This document shows positions 13,560-25,623 of a DNA stretch of 64,000 nucleotides, one piece after another. Each line of letters begins with the position of its first letter. Within the stretch, counting starts at the first letter, position 1. The notes under the pieces are model-generated. The model searched no databases, had not been told where the DNA came from, and saw only the letters and a program-made list of their open reading frames with translations. Where the stretch lies: NCBI GenBank assembly GCA_013239625.1, contig MU053454.1, forward strand, positions 1 through 64,000, read 5' to 3'. Both the position numbers and the translations under genes were made by a program. The stretch is from Lama guanicoe (Eukaryota).

Positions 13560-14585
13560 ACCAAAGAAGGCTTGATCTCCAGAATATATAAGCAGTTCAT
13601 ACGACTCAATAAGAAAAAAACAAACAACCCAATCTAAAACTGGGCAGAAGACCTAAACAAGTAATTCTCCAAGAAGAAATACAAATGATTAATAGACACA
13701 TGAAAAAATGTTCAATATCACTAATGATTAGAGAAATGCAAAATCAAAACTATAATGAGGTAGCACCTCACACCAGTCAGAATGGCCATCATTCAAAAGT
13801 CCACAAGTGACAAATGCTGGAGAGGCTGTGGAGAAAAGGGAACCCTCCTTCACTGCTGGTGGGAATGCAGTTTGGTGCAGCCACTGTGGAAAACACTATG
13901 GAGATTCCTCAAGACTGGGAATTACCATATGACCCAGGAATCCCGCTCCTGGGCATATATCCAGAAGGAACCCTACTTCAAAAAGACACTTGCTCCCTAA
14001 TGTTCACAGCAGCACTATTGACAATAGCCAAGGCATGGGAACAGCCTAAAAGTCCATCAACAGATGACTGGGTAAAGAAGAGGTGGTATATTTACACAAT
14101 GAAATACTATTAAGCCATAAAAAATGAGAGCATAACACCATTTGCAGCAACATAGATGTTCCTGGAGAATGTCATTCTAAGTGAAGTAAGCCAGAAAGAG
14201 AAAGAAAAATACCATATGAGATCACTCATATGTGGAATTTTGAAAAAAAAAAAAAGAAGATAAATACAAAACAGAAAAACAGAAACAGACTCATAGACAT
14301 AGAGTATAGAATACAAACTTGTGGTTGCCAGGGGCACGGGGGTGGGAAGGCACAGACCGGGATTTCAAAATTTGTAGATACTGACAGGCATATGTAGAAT
14401 AGGTAAACAAGATTGTACTGTATAGCACAGGGAGATACATACAAGATCTTGTGGCAGCTCACAGCGAAAAAAAAAAAGGACAATGAATATATGTATGTTC
14501 ATGTATAACTGAAAAATTATGCTCTACACTGGAAACTGAAACAACATTGTAAAATGACTATAACTCAATTTAAAAAAAAGTTAGC
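13560..14585 (+). mobile_element. Young 5'-truncated LINE-1, same family as 3982-5243
   Basis: Frameshifted ORF2 pieces ([34 protein letters not shown]), matching 3' UTR and A-rich end. No clear TSD seen. Confidence 0.93.
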
Positions 14586-17500
14586 AAATAAATGCAGAAA
14601 GGTACATTTACTAGAAGTATTTACTTCTTCAGGCTTTGATTGGTAAGACATTGCACATTTAAATCACACAGTTGTTTCGTGTCTTGATACCACAGCACTC
14701 TACTCATCACCTTTGACTTTAGAATAAACACATGAGTATCAAACATCACACAGTGATCATCAGGACTGTAAGACTGGCATACAATCAAATATGCCAGCTG
14801 TGACTCCTTAAGTTAAAAATCACTACATTTAAGTACCTTTTGCCAAACCAAACATATAAACATCACAAAACTTCTCAGTAATTATTAGCCTAAAATTCCC
14901 AATTATTTTTAAAAAAATTAAACTGAACTTATGCTATAACTATAATTTCTACTTAGTTTTCTCTGGTCCTTAGACGATTACACAAGTTGAGACTCTGGAA
15001 CTTTAGTAGTTCTTATCACAGCAACCTTACTGAAAAACAGTAACACGTCAAATTACCTTTCACTGTGAATGACTTTCAAGTGCTGCATTATATCACAAAT
15101 GGTTCCTTATTTGGAGGGAGGAGTTTTTGATATTTGTTTTTAATGGTCACAATTTTTATATACACAATGAAGACATGTTCTTGGAGAAAGGATTTTGTTG
15201 TCACTAACAGATATACAAAACACAGAGAAGCAAACTGCAAGTAGAAATACTGTAATATGTGAGATTATTTCATGATTAAACTAGATTACTGGTCAGAATG
15301 TTTTAACTTAGACACTGAACAGAAAATCCGATGGGTGGGAAGACTGCCATAATTAATATAAGGATTGTTATTTCTTCAATCACTCTTCTAAATTTATATT
15401 CAGAAGAGCTTAGCACAGTCTGTTGACTGTTGGGAGAAATAATATCATACAACACATTAAATGTTATTCCTATAATAATAATTAAGTGTAAATTATATTT
15501 TAATTAATTTAGTTTTTGCCAAAGGTATGTATTTGGGGACAAAGACAGGAATTTAAATTATTAACTCACAGTGTAACCTGGCCTAGAAACCTCTCTAAAT
15601 AAAATAACAACAAATTTTGAGTCCAAAATTTCTGAATCCTTACGTTCTATTTGGCCTGGAGAAAATCTTTCAGAACACATCTGCAAAAGATGAATTCATA
15701 AATAAAGAGGTAACATTAATGTATAATAATTAAATTTTTTATCTTTAAAACAAGTGTAAAGACAAAACAAAAAGAAAATGTGTCAAATAATTAAAGCATG
15801 ACATATGAAAGGCTGATGCCTTTAATAAATAATATGCTCTTACAAGTCAATTTTTTAAAGTGGGCAGCCCCAAAAGAAAAATGGGGAAAGTTGTCAAAAA
15901 CAATAACAAAATAACTATAAATATCCACTAAACATACAAAGAAGAGAGAAACTTCATATATAATCAAAAGCTCAATCAAGGAAATATGCACTGAAACACA
16001 AAAGTAAATATTTTTCTCCTTTGAAATTGGCAAATATATGTATATATGGTCTTTGCCCCTGAACATACACACACACATGAGCCGTTTCTTGTGATGATGC
16101 AGAAATTAGTTCATTGATCACTGGCACAGCCTTTCGCAGAAGACAAATCTCTTGATTTAGCCATCCTACTTCCACATTTGGCCAAAAAAACCCCCAAAAA
16201 ACCCTCACAATATATGTGGAAAACTGAAGTTCTGATCAGTTTGCAAAGTATAATCCCATTTTGTTCTAAAAATGTTTCATACATATGCACTTGAATAGAA
16301 AATTAAGCATAAATACATCAAGATATCCGTAGTGGATATACTGGGTTTGGCATAATGGGTGACAGGTTTTTTTTATTTGTGGTTATTTCGTATTTTTCAG
16401 AAGCTTTTAAATAAACATTATTTTATAATTAGGTTAAATTTCAATTTTCAAATGATGATATTCCTTTATATAAGGACTTTATTTTAAATCTGGTTCCAAA
16501 TTATTTTTAAAAATAAAGAAAAATAGTGTATGTTTGTATGTGTATTTTAATTGGGTTTATTTTCCCACAACAGGAAAATCACTGAAGACCAAATCCTTAG
16601 TTTTGTCATAATGCATCCTTTTTGAATTATCTATTTAAGACCAAACAAGCTCAAATAACACTTAAAACCTAAACTTAAAGGAAAATACTGTCATGCGTTC
16701 TGAATAATATTCTCTAGGCCATATATATATATATTTTTTTTTTCATTCAAAACCCTTCTATCAGTTCCATAGAAATCATCCACATATTACACTTGATTGT
16801 CAACCCAGGTAACATTGAAAATCAAGAAGTGCTATCTCTGTTAAAGTGAGCACACAATAGAATTCAGGTCGATTCCACAGTATATAGTCTATTTTTTATT
16901 AAAATACTTATTTTTAAGTGCAATATAATCATATCAAGAGCTGTAATATTTTCATCCTGATAATGTAGTAAAACGCTGGAAAACAACAGGGCCCCAAACC
17001 TGGATTGTCATATATCTACCCTGTTGTATTTATTCTCACAAATTCTGTACTCCAGAGTCTGAAAACTGACCTCCTGATATTAGGTGTTTGAATTACTCTA
17101 ATTGTGAGGGATGTATACGCACAAGAACTGAGGAGGAATGAAGAACGTCCTGACCAGATGCCTCATACACGTAATTAATGAAGCCTCAGGTGACACTGAT
17201 CCAAAAGTGTAAGCCAGCGGAGATAAACCCGTTAAGAGATCAAAGGTCCTTAGACACTAGAGAGAATATTTAGCTTCACAGAAGACTTCAAGGTAAGCTC
17301 TAAGCTTCAGAGAATGTGGCAAAACAGTCTGATGCACCACACTGGGCTTGTTATTTGTGTAAAACTTGATGATACCTACGCTGACAGACTTGACAGATAC
17401 TAGCAGGGGCACCTGAGAAAGGTACAACACTGCTCTAACAACTGAGCTGAGAAAACACATGTGACAAATGAGAGAGTAGAAAGTACACTTCATATTATTT

Positions 17501-17949
17501 ATTTTGCCCCAGACCACAGTTGCTATAATATCCTGGAGAAGTAACTTAATTTTTCCAGAAATAGGCTTTCAAGAATTGTAATTCAAACAATTTTTAAATA
17601 TCATGTGCCAGTTAATAATCATTTCTGTTTTGCTATGTTAGTTTTACAGTTTTCAAAAATCAAAAAGATTGACATTTTATTGTAAAAAAAAAAAAAACAC
17701 ACAGAGAACAACAGTTTGAAAGCTAAAAATTTCCTTTCCAAACTGCACCTTAACATCTGATTGTATTTACTTCAGAACTAGTCAAATGGCATGGCTTAGG
17801 GGAACAAAGTGGTAATATATTGTAAAGTGTCCTTGGATATGTGTAGTTAAAGTTAATAACCATCCCTGCTCAATTTTATATAATGCAAGATGATAATCTT
17901 GTTGTGAAAATAATAGGCAGTAGACAAATAGAGAAATAATTTCCACTTC

Positions 17950-18350
17950 AGTAACCTGCAGAGGAACAATGCAGCTTCACTTCAGAGTAGAAAATCCAGG
18001 CTGGAAGAACTGATATTCAAAGGCGCAGTAATGGGATGTTTAAATATGTTAGCCCTGCACTGTCCCTTCATATTATTTATAAGCACTGCATAATGTTTGG
18101 TCTCCCGTGGAGCTGCCGGAGACAGTGGTTTTCACTGGGACAGGCCATAAATACTGTCCTGCTGCTCTATGCTTTACTGGGGTTGAGGGTAATTGTGTGA
18201 AGCTTAAAAATACATTGGTAGCATGACCCTCTGCCCCCGTGAGCGCAACATGAAAAGAAAGTCGTGAACATAGAAAGTTTCCATTTTATTTGAGGGTCAC
18301 AAAGGACAAAAGGGAACAACACAAAGTCCCTTGGCATACAAGATGATCTA
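17950..18350. promoter_or_regulatory. Candidate conserved enhancer
   Basis: No recognisable repeat; six CpGs within 18021-18265 in a CpG-poor window; GGCCATAAA, TAATTG and clustered ACAAAG-type motifs. Function is inferred. Confidence 0.35.
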
Positions 18351-20070
18351 AAAACTACTTCACAGAACTGTGAAATGGCTATGACTGTGAGGGGGAAGAA
18401 AGCTCTTTTGCCTCTTCTGTATAGCTGATTAGTGCATATGAAAAATCACTCTTCTTTCCATTTGCTCTGAGATGTATTTTAATGAAAAAGTGGGCAGAAA
18501 GTTCATCAAAAGGGCTCCTGGATTCCTCAAGTAACCCAAATCATATTATCATCACAAATAGCAAAGTTGACATCTTTAGTCAGTAAAGATAAATGGGAGC
18601 AGGAAAGACACAGGTTTACTTCTTTCACCTGAAGAGTTACGTCAATCAGGTGACTGGAATCAAACACTAGTTTCCTAAGCCACATGCTGTTAGCACAAGG
18701 GTCTGTCTCCCCTTAACATAATCAAATATAACTCCAATATTATGACACACCTGATTCTAAAAGGTGAGTCAGAGAAATGGTTAAACATTAAAGCATTTCA
18801 TGGCATTCTCTTCCCTAAGGCATGCTGCATTTCCTTTAAATTAACATATTCTTAGGTGCCTTTAAATATGCCCTACAAATTTTCCTATGACTTCTACTCC
18901 TCATAGATACATTTTGAGTGAATTTTTAACTCATAAAACAAGACAATCCAAGAGAAAGCTTATCAGAAGGATACTTTTCAGCATTAGTTCCAAAGGATAC
19001 AGTTCAAACATGATGGTGGGCCTTGTGTAGACAGATTATGGCTAGATTGTAAGGTTAAGTAGTACTAAAATGAACAGATTAAAAAAAAAAATCAGTGCTT
19101 CTTGGTCATATTGAAAGCACCATCTTTTTAAAACAAATTATTTTGTAATAGCCCTTTTACTATCTGAAATGAAATTTATTTGTAACATTTACATATACAA
19201 TTTTAAAAAGTAAATACAAATCCTACATCTAATATAAAGGAGAACATAGGAATGATTTATACTAAAATAGTTATGTATTCCAATGTATCAATATCTAAAT
19301 ATGACTAGCAGTAGACTATGTAGTCAGGTGCCTGCACCTACTTACATATTTAACAAGTTTGACTACAAAAATAGTAAGATCAGTACCCTTCCTTGAAACA
19401 AGTATAAGAAAATCAAACAGGTCAGTGTAGACAATAGAATAAGTATTAATAATAAACAATGAAACATTTGACTACAAGTGAAATAGACAGAGTAGAGTAG
19501 CCAAGGAAAACAGACCAGTCACAAGTGGAGAAAACAAATTATTTTCACAAAAATGCCTAATGAGAAAGTAATTTCCTATGCGATAACACGGGATAACAAA
19601 AGACAGTCCTAACATGTCATCTCTCCCACCATATCTACTTCTTGAAATCTAATCATGGAGTCACTCTCCAGTGCTTAAAAAACTTTAGAAACCGTAATCT
19701 TCATCAAATGGAATAAAGAAGGAAATTTTTAAATGCAGAAGTATGTCAGTGTCCAGAAGTTTTTCACTAGATTTTAGGGTAAGATTGAGAACATCAGGAA
19801 ACCCCAAAATAGTTTTAACAAGTAATTTTCACAACATATATCATCATTTTAATCCCATTTTTTTAAATATTTAGAGTAAGATAAAATATTTTAAAAACAG
19901 TTTCAGCATGCAATTTTTATAACATTTTGATTAACATTTTAAAAATGTTTGTAGTATTATGGAATTTTTTTTAAAGAAACCTTTATTAATGAAGTTCAGT
20001 GAAACCCTTCTATTTTAATTATCTCTATTATTTTAATAATATTTCTTAGAACTATGTAACCTTTTACCTT

Positions 20071-20205
20071 TTTTAAAGTTTTTGGGGTTTTTTTGGGGGG
20101 GGGTAATTAGGTTTATTTGTTTTTTCAAGGAGGTACTGGGAATTGAACTCTGGACCTCACGTAGCTAGTAAGCACAAACTCCACTCAGCTATGCATAGCT
20201 CCCTG
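20071..20205 (-). mobile_element. tRNA-derived SINE, camelid Vic-1-like, with 11-bp TSD
   Basis: Minus strand reads gggagctatgcatagctgagtggag (A-box-like)...gaggtccagagttcaattcccagtacctcc (B-box)...aaataaacctaattaccccc, then an A-rich tail. TSD ccttttacctt at 20060-20070 and 20206-20216. Confidence 0.85.
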
Positions 20206-21189
20206 CCTTTTACCTTACTTTGATCAAAGAAATTTTTCAGAAGATTAAAAGTGACAAAGATAATGTAAAATTAAACATTTTAATACTGATGTTACATACT
20301 GTTTTACTTTATATTTTGGAGAGTAATTTCCTCTAACTTCAACTAAGAAAACACTTTTGTTGCTAACATAATCAGAAAAAAGAAAAGAATAATCATAATC
20401 AGATTTCTTCATCTGTTAAAGGGACTATCAAATCTCCTCGAGTAAACACCTGGAGTATTGTTATGCTTGCAGTACCTGTAAAACTGTAAAAATGAATCAA
20501 AGTATCCAGAAACTGAGCAATTTGATTAAATTGTATTTTGGCATCAAAGGTTTTATTAGAAATAGGGACAAATATGTTTTATGTTCATATCAAATGTATA
20601 AATCATACAACCCTGTGTTGTAAGTTTTTAAATATAAGTATGTATAGTATTATTCCTCATGTCTTTAATAAGATCCAATTAAGGGCAATATATTTTTCCA
20701 AGTCATATGGAAATGTATTTCAAGTCTATTCTTATGAAACTCTTTCAATATTGGAAAACAACATTCTCAGTAAGAAAGTATTTCTAATACACAAATATGT
20801 TTACTAATCCCACAATACCTTTAATTTTAATGAGGCTTAACTGATTTCTGTTTCTTAAGGACGTCATTTAAATTTTTAAATATATTTAACTAAGATGATA
20901 TTATCCAATATTTTAAATCTTGGTATTTATAGTTCATTGATATAATTTTAAATCTATCATGAAATACTGGATAACAAAGTATTTTTAAGCAATTTTAGGG
21001 GAGGAAAGTCCTCTTATTGTGAATGAGATATTTAAACTCATTTCCATTGCCACTTTGTACTTTAAGAAATAATGTATTATTCAAAACAGTACATTTAATT
21101 TTGTTAATAGCATCTACTAAAAACCATTCAGTGACTGCTGTCATCTTTCATTAAGTTCTACTTCATTTTTTAAAAATAACAATACTAGA

Positions 21190-21358
21190 TAAACAAGTTT
21201 ATACTGTACAGCTCAGGGAACTATATTCAATATCTTGTAGTAGCTTATGGTGAAAAATATGAAAATGAATGTGTATATATTCATGTATGACTGAAGCATT
21301 GTGCTGTACACCAGAAATTGATACATTGTAAATTGACTATACCTGAATAAAAATAAAT
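21190..21358 (+). mobile_element. Extremely 5'-truncated L1 3' tail with 16-bp TSD
   Basis: tatactgtacagctcagggaactatattcaatatcttgta...ccagaaattgatacattgtaaattgactatac, then (AAAT)n. TSD aaataac(a/g)atactaga at 21174-21189 and 21359-21374. Confidence 0.88.
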
Positions 21359-21749
21359 AAATAACGATACTAGAACAGCTCTAATAATCTTAACATTTTT
21401 TTTCCCCAATACTTTGTAGATGACAATACTTTGCAGGAATGTGTACTTTCTTTAGGGAAAAATAATGTATACATTTTACAAGAGGTTTTATGAACATTCT
21501 AGTGACGAATTACAGGTTTCAATATTTTGCTTAAATATTCTAAATATGGTAAACTGTTCCTGCTTTTCCAGGATAACTCTTTACAAAATATTTACTTAAG
21601 GTTTATGTTCTATTTTTAAAACACTATGATTATAACAGTGATAACTATTTGTGAGAAAAACAAAAAATTTTTACTTTAAATATTAACAAAAAGTCAACAT
21701 TTTTTTTCTGTATCTGACATTCTGAAATGTAAGTTACAAATAATAACAT

Positions 21750-21890
21750 ACCTTGCAGGTATTCTGGCATTCTTGGACCTTGCTTACTAAATGCCAGTTG
21801 TGACCCTTAGTCATGAGAAAAACAAAAGTATCTGCACATTTTCAAAGTGTTTTGTAAGTGGTAGTGTGGGCACACTGAGATTCACTGAGC
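21750..21890. mobile_element. MER20-like hAT MITE remnant
   Basis: ttgcaggtattctggcattcttggacc...actaaatgccagt...aaaagtatctgcacatttt resembles MER20. Confidence 0.45.
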
Positions 21891-23780
21891 TACATAAATG
21901 ACAGAATGTCAGACGGATAGAACAATAAACAATAGGAAACAGAGAGAGACAGACAGACACATAAATAGAAAGACAGAGAGCTAATAATTTAGTAAAGTTG
22001 ACCAGGACAGCGCTATTCCTTCTTTCATCAGCAGCATCCTTTCAGGGTCATTTACATCTAAAACTTCTCTCCTAGATTAAAATTTTATCTTCCCACAAAA
22101 TTAAGTCTGGAAAAATCATGATCCACATAGGCCTTGAATACTTGCTTTGAGTTTTCACGTGCCATGATTTCCATAGATATTATATTCAGGTATTATTATT
22201 ACTTTGTTAGAATAATATAATACGCTTATATATTACTGAATAACCAATTATTTTGACAAAAAAGTAACAGGAAAGGAATGATATGTTAATGAAAGTAAAG
22301 AACTACTAAAGTAAAGAAAAAGAGAACAAGATATTCCCTATGGTAAAAAGGAAATTTTAAGTAAATGGAGCAGTTAAATGAAGTGAAAAGATTGGGGAAG
22401 GATATAAATAACTCCAAAGAAGCCTAGAAAGAAAAAAGAAGAATTTAATCAAACACTTTTTAGGGAAAAGGGCCGCAGAGAGAGAGAACAAGCTTATTAA
22501 AAGACATTGAAAGTTCCAGCAGAGATGCAGTAGGAAATGAAAACTATCCAAGAACAATGATGGAGTGATAAAGACGAAGATAACTGACTTTGTCCATCTG
22601 GAGTAGAAAAAGCTTGGCCTGTGAAGTAAAACATTCTATGTCTTGCTATTATTTATCAGCTATGGAATTAGTAGCTTTGATTTCTAATCTAGAAAATGGG
22701 CCTCATAAATTGGTGAGAACTAGTTTTGCTAATACTTAAAATATTTTTAACAGCATGTCTGGCTCATAAGAAATGCTCAGGACAAGTATGTTCTCCTCAT
22801 GAAGAATTTAACTAGGATTTGTTGGCAGTCCCTATCTATCCTACCCCAAAACAAAATATCTTCATCAGTATTTTGATCTGGATTTTAATAACACAATAAC
22901 AAGGATTACCAAATCCCCATAACTTTGAGAAAATTCAAAAGTATGCCAGCTATCAAGATAACACTCTAGTATAAATTTTCCCTCAAATAGAGTAAAGACA
23001 TCTCAGTTACACTTATTTTGACTAAGTTAAGTAACTTACTTTAAACTTCCTAGAAGTGTATTATCCCTGGGCTCAGGGACAATGATTATATCTCAAAGAA
23101 AAGTTTAATTCTAAAAGGGTATTTTATTGATATCTTTCATTTCCTAGCAATTGCCTGCCCATGTAGAATCTATTACATGTGTTAGGACATCCTTGATTAA
23201 ACCTCCAGGGGACATATAACTGCTCAAAAAGCCAACAATAGCTGAAAGAACAATCTAATAAACAAACCCTCACAATGTCGAGAAATTCAGCAATGCCAGT
23301 GTAGAGAAAAATATTTATAAAGCATAAAAAATTACCAAATGTGTTACAGATTTTTATTTTTCTGTAGGTAAGTATATCTACAAATAGATAACAGATTGTT
23401 TTCCCTGCTGTTAACTATTTTATTGTAATAGTTGAATGTCCTACTGTGTGAAAATCCAAGAAGGCTGATCTTATAAAGAATAATTTTGATTACAGCATTA
23501 ACATCTGGTTTCTGGATTCCCTCTCAACATGGAAATAGGTAATTATCTCAAGAAGCTATTGCTGGTGAAGAAAACAGAGAAATGGAATAAGATTCTACTA
23601 TAGAAATGGCAGTAGGAGCCAGAAACTACTACTGGAACCATAAATAAAATGGAGTGACTTACAAACAAAGACAAGCATGAACTAGAGAAAGAAACTGGAA
23701 CAAAGAGCACATTGTCTTCAGAGAATGATGATGGTGTGACATTTTTAAGTACATGCGTAAGATTCTTTTACATATCATAT

Positions 23781-23880
23781 ACAGTTCACCTTTGAACAAA
23801 GCAGACAGAGGTTAGGGGTGCCCACCCTCCATGCAGCTGAAAATCCATGTATGACTTGACAGTCAGCTCTCTGTATTCCT
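23781..23880. mobile_element. TcMar-Tigger (Tigger2/MER8-like) MITE fragment
   Basis: ta-cagttcacctttgaacaa (TIR-like end), then ggttaggggtgcccaccctccatgcagctgaaaatccatgtatgactt. Confidence 0.7.
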
Positions 23881-24109
23881 TTTCTTTTCCCTTGTAATCT
23901 CAATCCTGTGCTAACTGAATACTAATCAACCAAAGTCAGATGAATAAAATTGCTATTGTCTATAACATCTTTAAAGTTCAGACTCAGGTTGTTTCTGCAG
24001 GACAAGATGAGCTAAAAGACCCCAGGATCCCCTGCCTGGTCATTCATGGACAAGAGACTGATAAACCTTAGGCACCCTGACTCCCCCCAAAAAACTATGG
24101 CTAAGAAAT

Positions 24110-24757
24110 GTCACAAAAAGTTCTGGCCAAGCTCACCAAAAAGAAAAGAGAGAGTACCCAAAGAAACAAAATAAGAAATGAAGAGGAGAAATAACTGAAA
24201 CTGCAGAAGTACAAAAAGAAATAAGAGAACTATAAACAATTATATGCAAACAAACTGGACAACCTAGAAGAAATGGACAAGTTTCTAGAAACACATAGCC
24301 CACCAAAACAGAATCATGAAAAAATAGGTAATGTGAACAAACCAATCACTAGAAGTGAAACAGAATCTGTAATTAAAAAAAAAAAAAAAAAAAACCTCTC
24401 TGCTAACAAAAGTCCAGTGGCTTCACTAGGGAATTTTCCAAACATAGAAAGAACTTACATTGATCCTTCTCAAACTCCTCCAATAGAATATACCCAAAGT
24501 CATTCTCTGAAGGCACCTGATAGCAAAATCAGACAAAGACACTGCCAAAATGGAAAATTACAGGCCAAGATCTTTGATGAATATAGATGCAAAAATTCTC
24601 AACAAAATATTAGCAAACTGAGTCCAACAACATGATCAATTTGAATTCATCCCATGGTTTCAAGTACTGTTCAACACGTGCAAATCAATCAATGTGATAC
24701 CCTACATCAACAAAAGAAAAGAGAAAAAGCCACATGATCATCTCAACAGATGCAGAG
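24110..24757 (+). mobile_element. Isolated internal L1 ORF2 fragment (between endonuclease and RT regions)
   Basis: ORF 24273-24635 MDKFLETHSPPKQNHEKIGNVNKPITRSETESVIK and gatgcaaaaattctcaacaaaatattagcaaac. No 3' UTR or polyA. Confidence 0.88.
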
Positions 24758-25089
24758 TCCACTTTGTGTCCCATTGTCTCTTCACTGCCCAACAAACATT
24801 TGTTTATCAAACATTTGTTTTTCCATCTCCCTGTCAATTTCTTTCCCTCCCTTTAAAGTCAGAAACCACTTCCCCCAATATCCTCTTTTGTCTTTAGCTG
24901 AAGGTCGTATCTCAGGTGAGGGTTTTGCCCATTTCAATGAGTTACTCAGTTTTTGTGGATCTCGCCCAGGTATGCATGTTATTAAACTTTTGTTTAATTT
25001 TCTACTGTTTATCTGTCTCACGTCAACTTAATTCTTAGACCAGTAAGAAGAACCTAGAAGGGTAAAGTAAAATTTCTACCTTCTGGACA
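24758..25089 (+). mobile_element. ERV LTR 3' portion (5' part possibly ~23890-24110)
   Basis: LTR-like R/U5: gcatgttattaaacttttgttt (ATTAAA signal), cttaattcttagaccag...gaacctagaagggta..., ending in CA. Confidence 0.65.
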
Positions 25090-25623
25090 ATAACATCTCA
25101 CCTCCATCACATACTATCAAGTTTCTACACTCCCTCTGCATCAGTTTTTTTTAATCTGTAGAGCAGGAACAATAATAGTAACTATGCCACAGGGTTGTTG
25201 TATAAATCAAAAGAATTATAAAAGTTCAGGGCTCACCTGGCATGCAGTATGTGCTCAGTGTTAGTAATTATTAATCTTTAGTTGATCATGCCACAATGGC
25301 TGCTTTATAGAATCAAGTAACTAAATAATGCCAAAATTATTTATTTAGTGTCTTTACCATAACTTTTGTCAATTTAAAAAATAAAACAACTTTCTTTACT
25401 GCTAAAAAGTCAAAATATAATTGTATATATATCAATTTAAAACTCTATGTGGTGAACTCTCCCTCTGATCTCACACTAAGGGAAAACTGCCTATTATTTT
25501 TTCCAATAGTATCCTGATATACCCATCATGACACTTGATGTTGAGTTTCTATGCTTTGTTTTTTAAATATTCAAAAGGAAAGTGAATCATGTTCACTGTT
25601 CTGCTTTTTTTCAAAATCTTTAG

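Noticed and set aside
20100..20205. tRNA gene
   Set aside because: Degenerate A/B boxes with a SINE tail and TSD; this is a SINE.
20395..20490. Minus acceptor followed by short open frames
   Set aside because: No donor, early stops, and ttaacagatgaagaaa resembles a MIR core remnant.
21752..21890. Apparent minus-strand exon with AG|GTATGT donor
   Set aside because: Stops in all frames and overlap with a MER20-like remnant.
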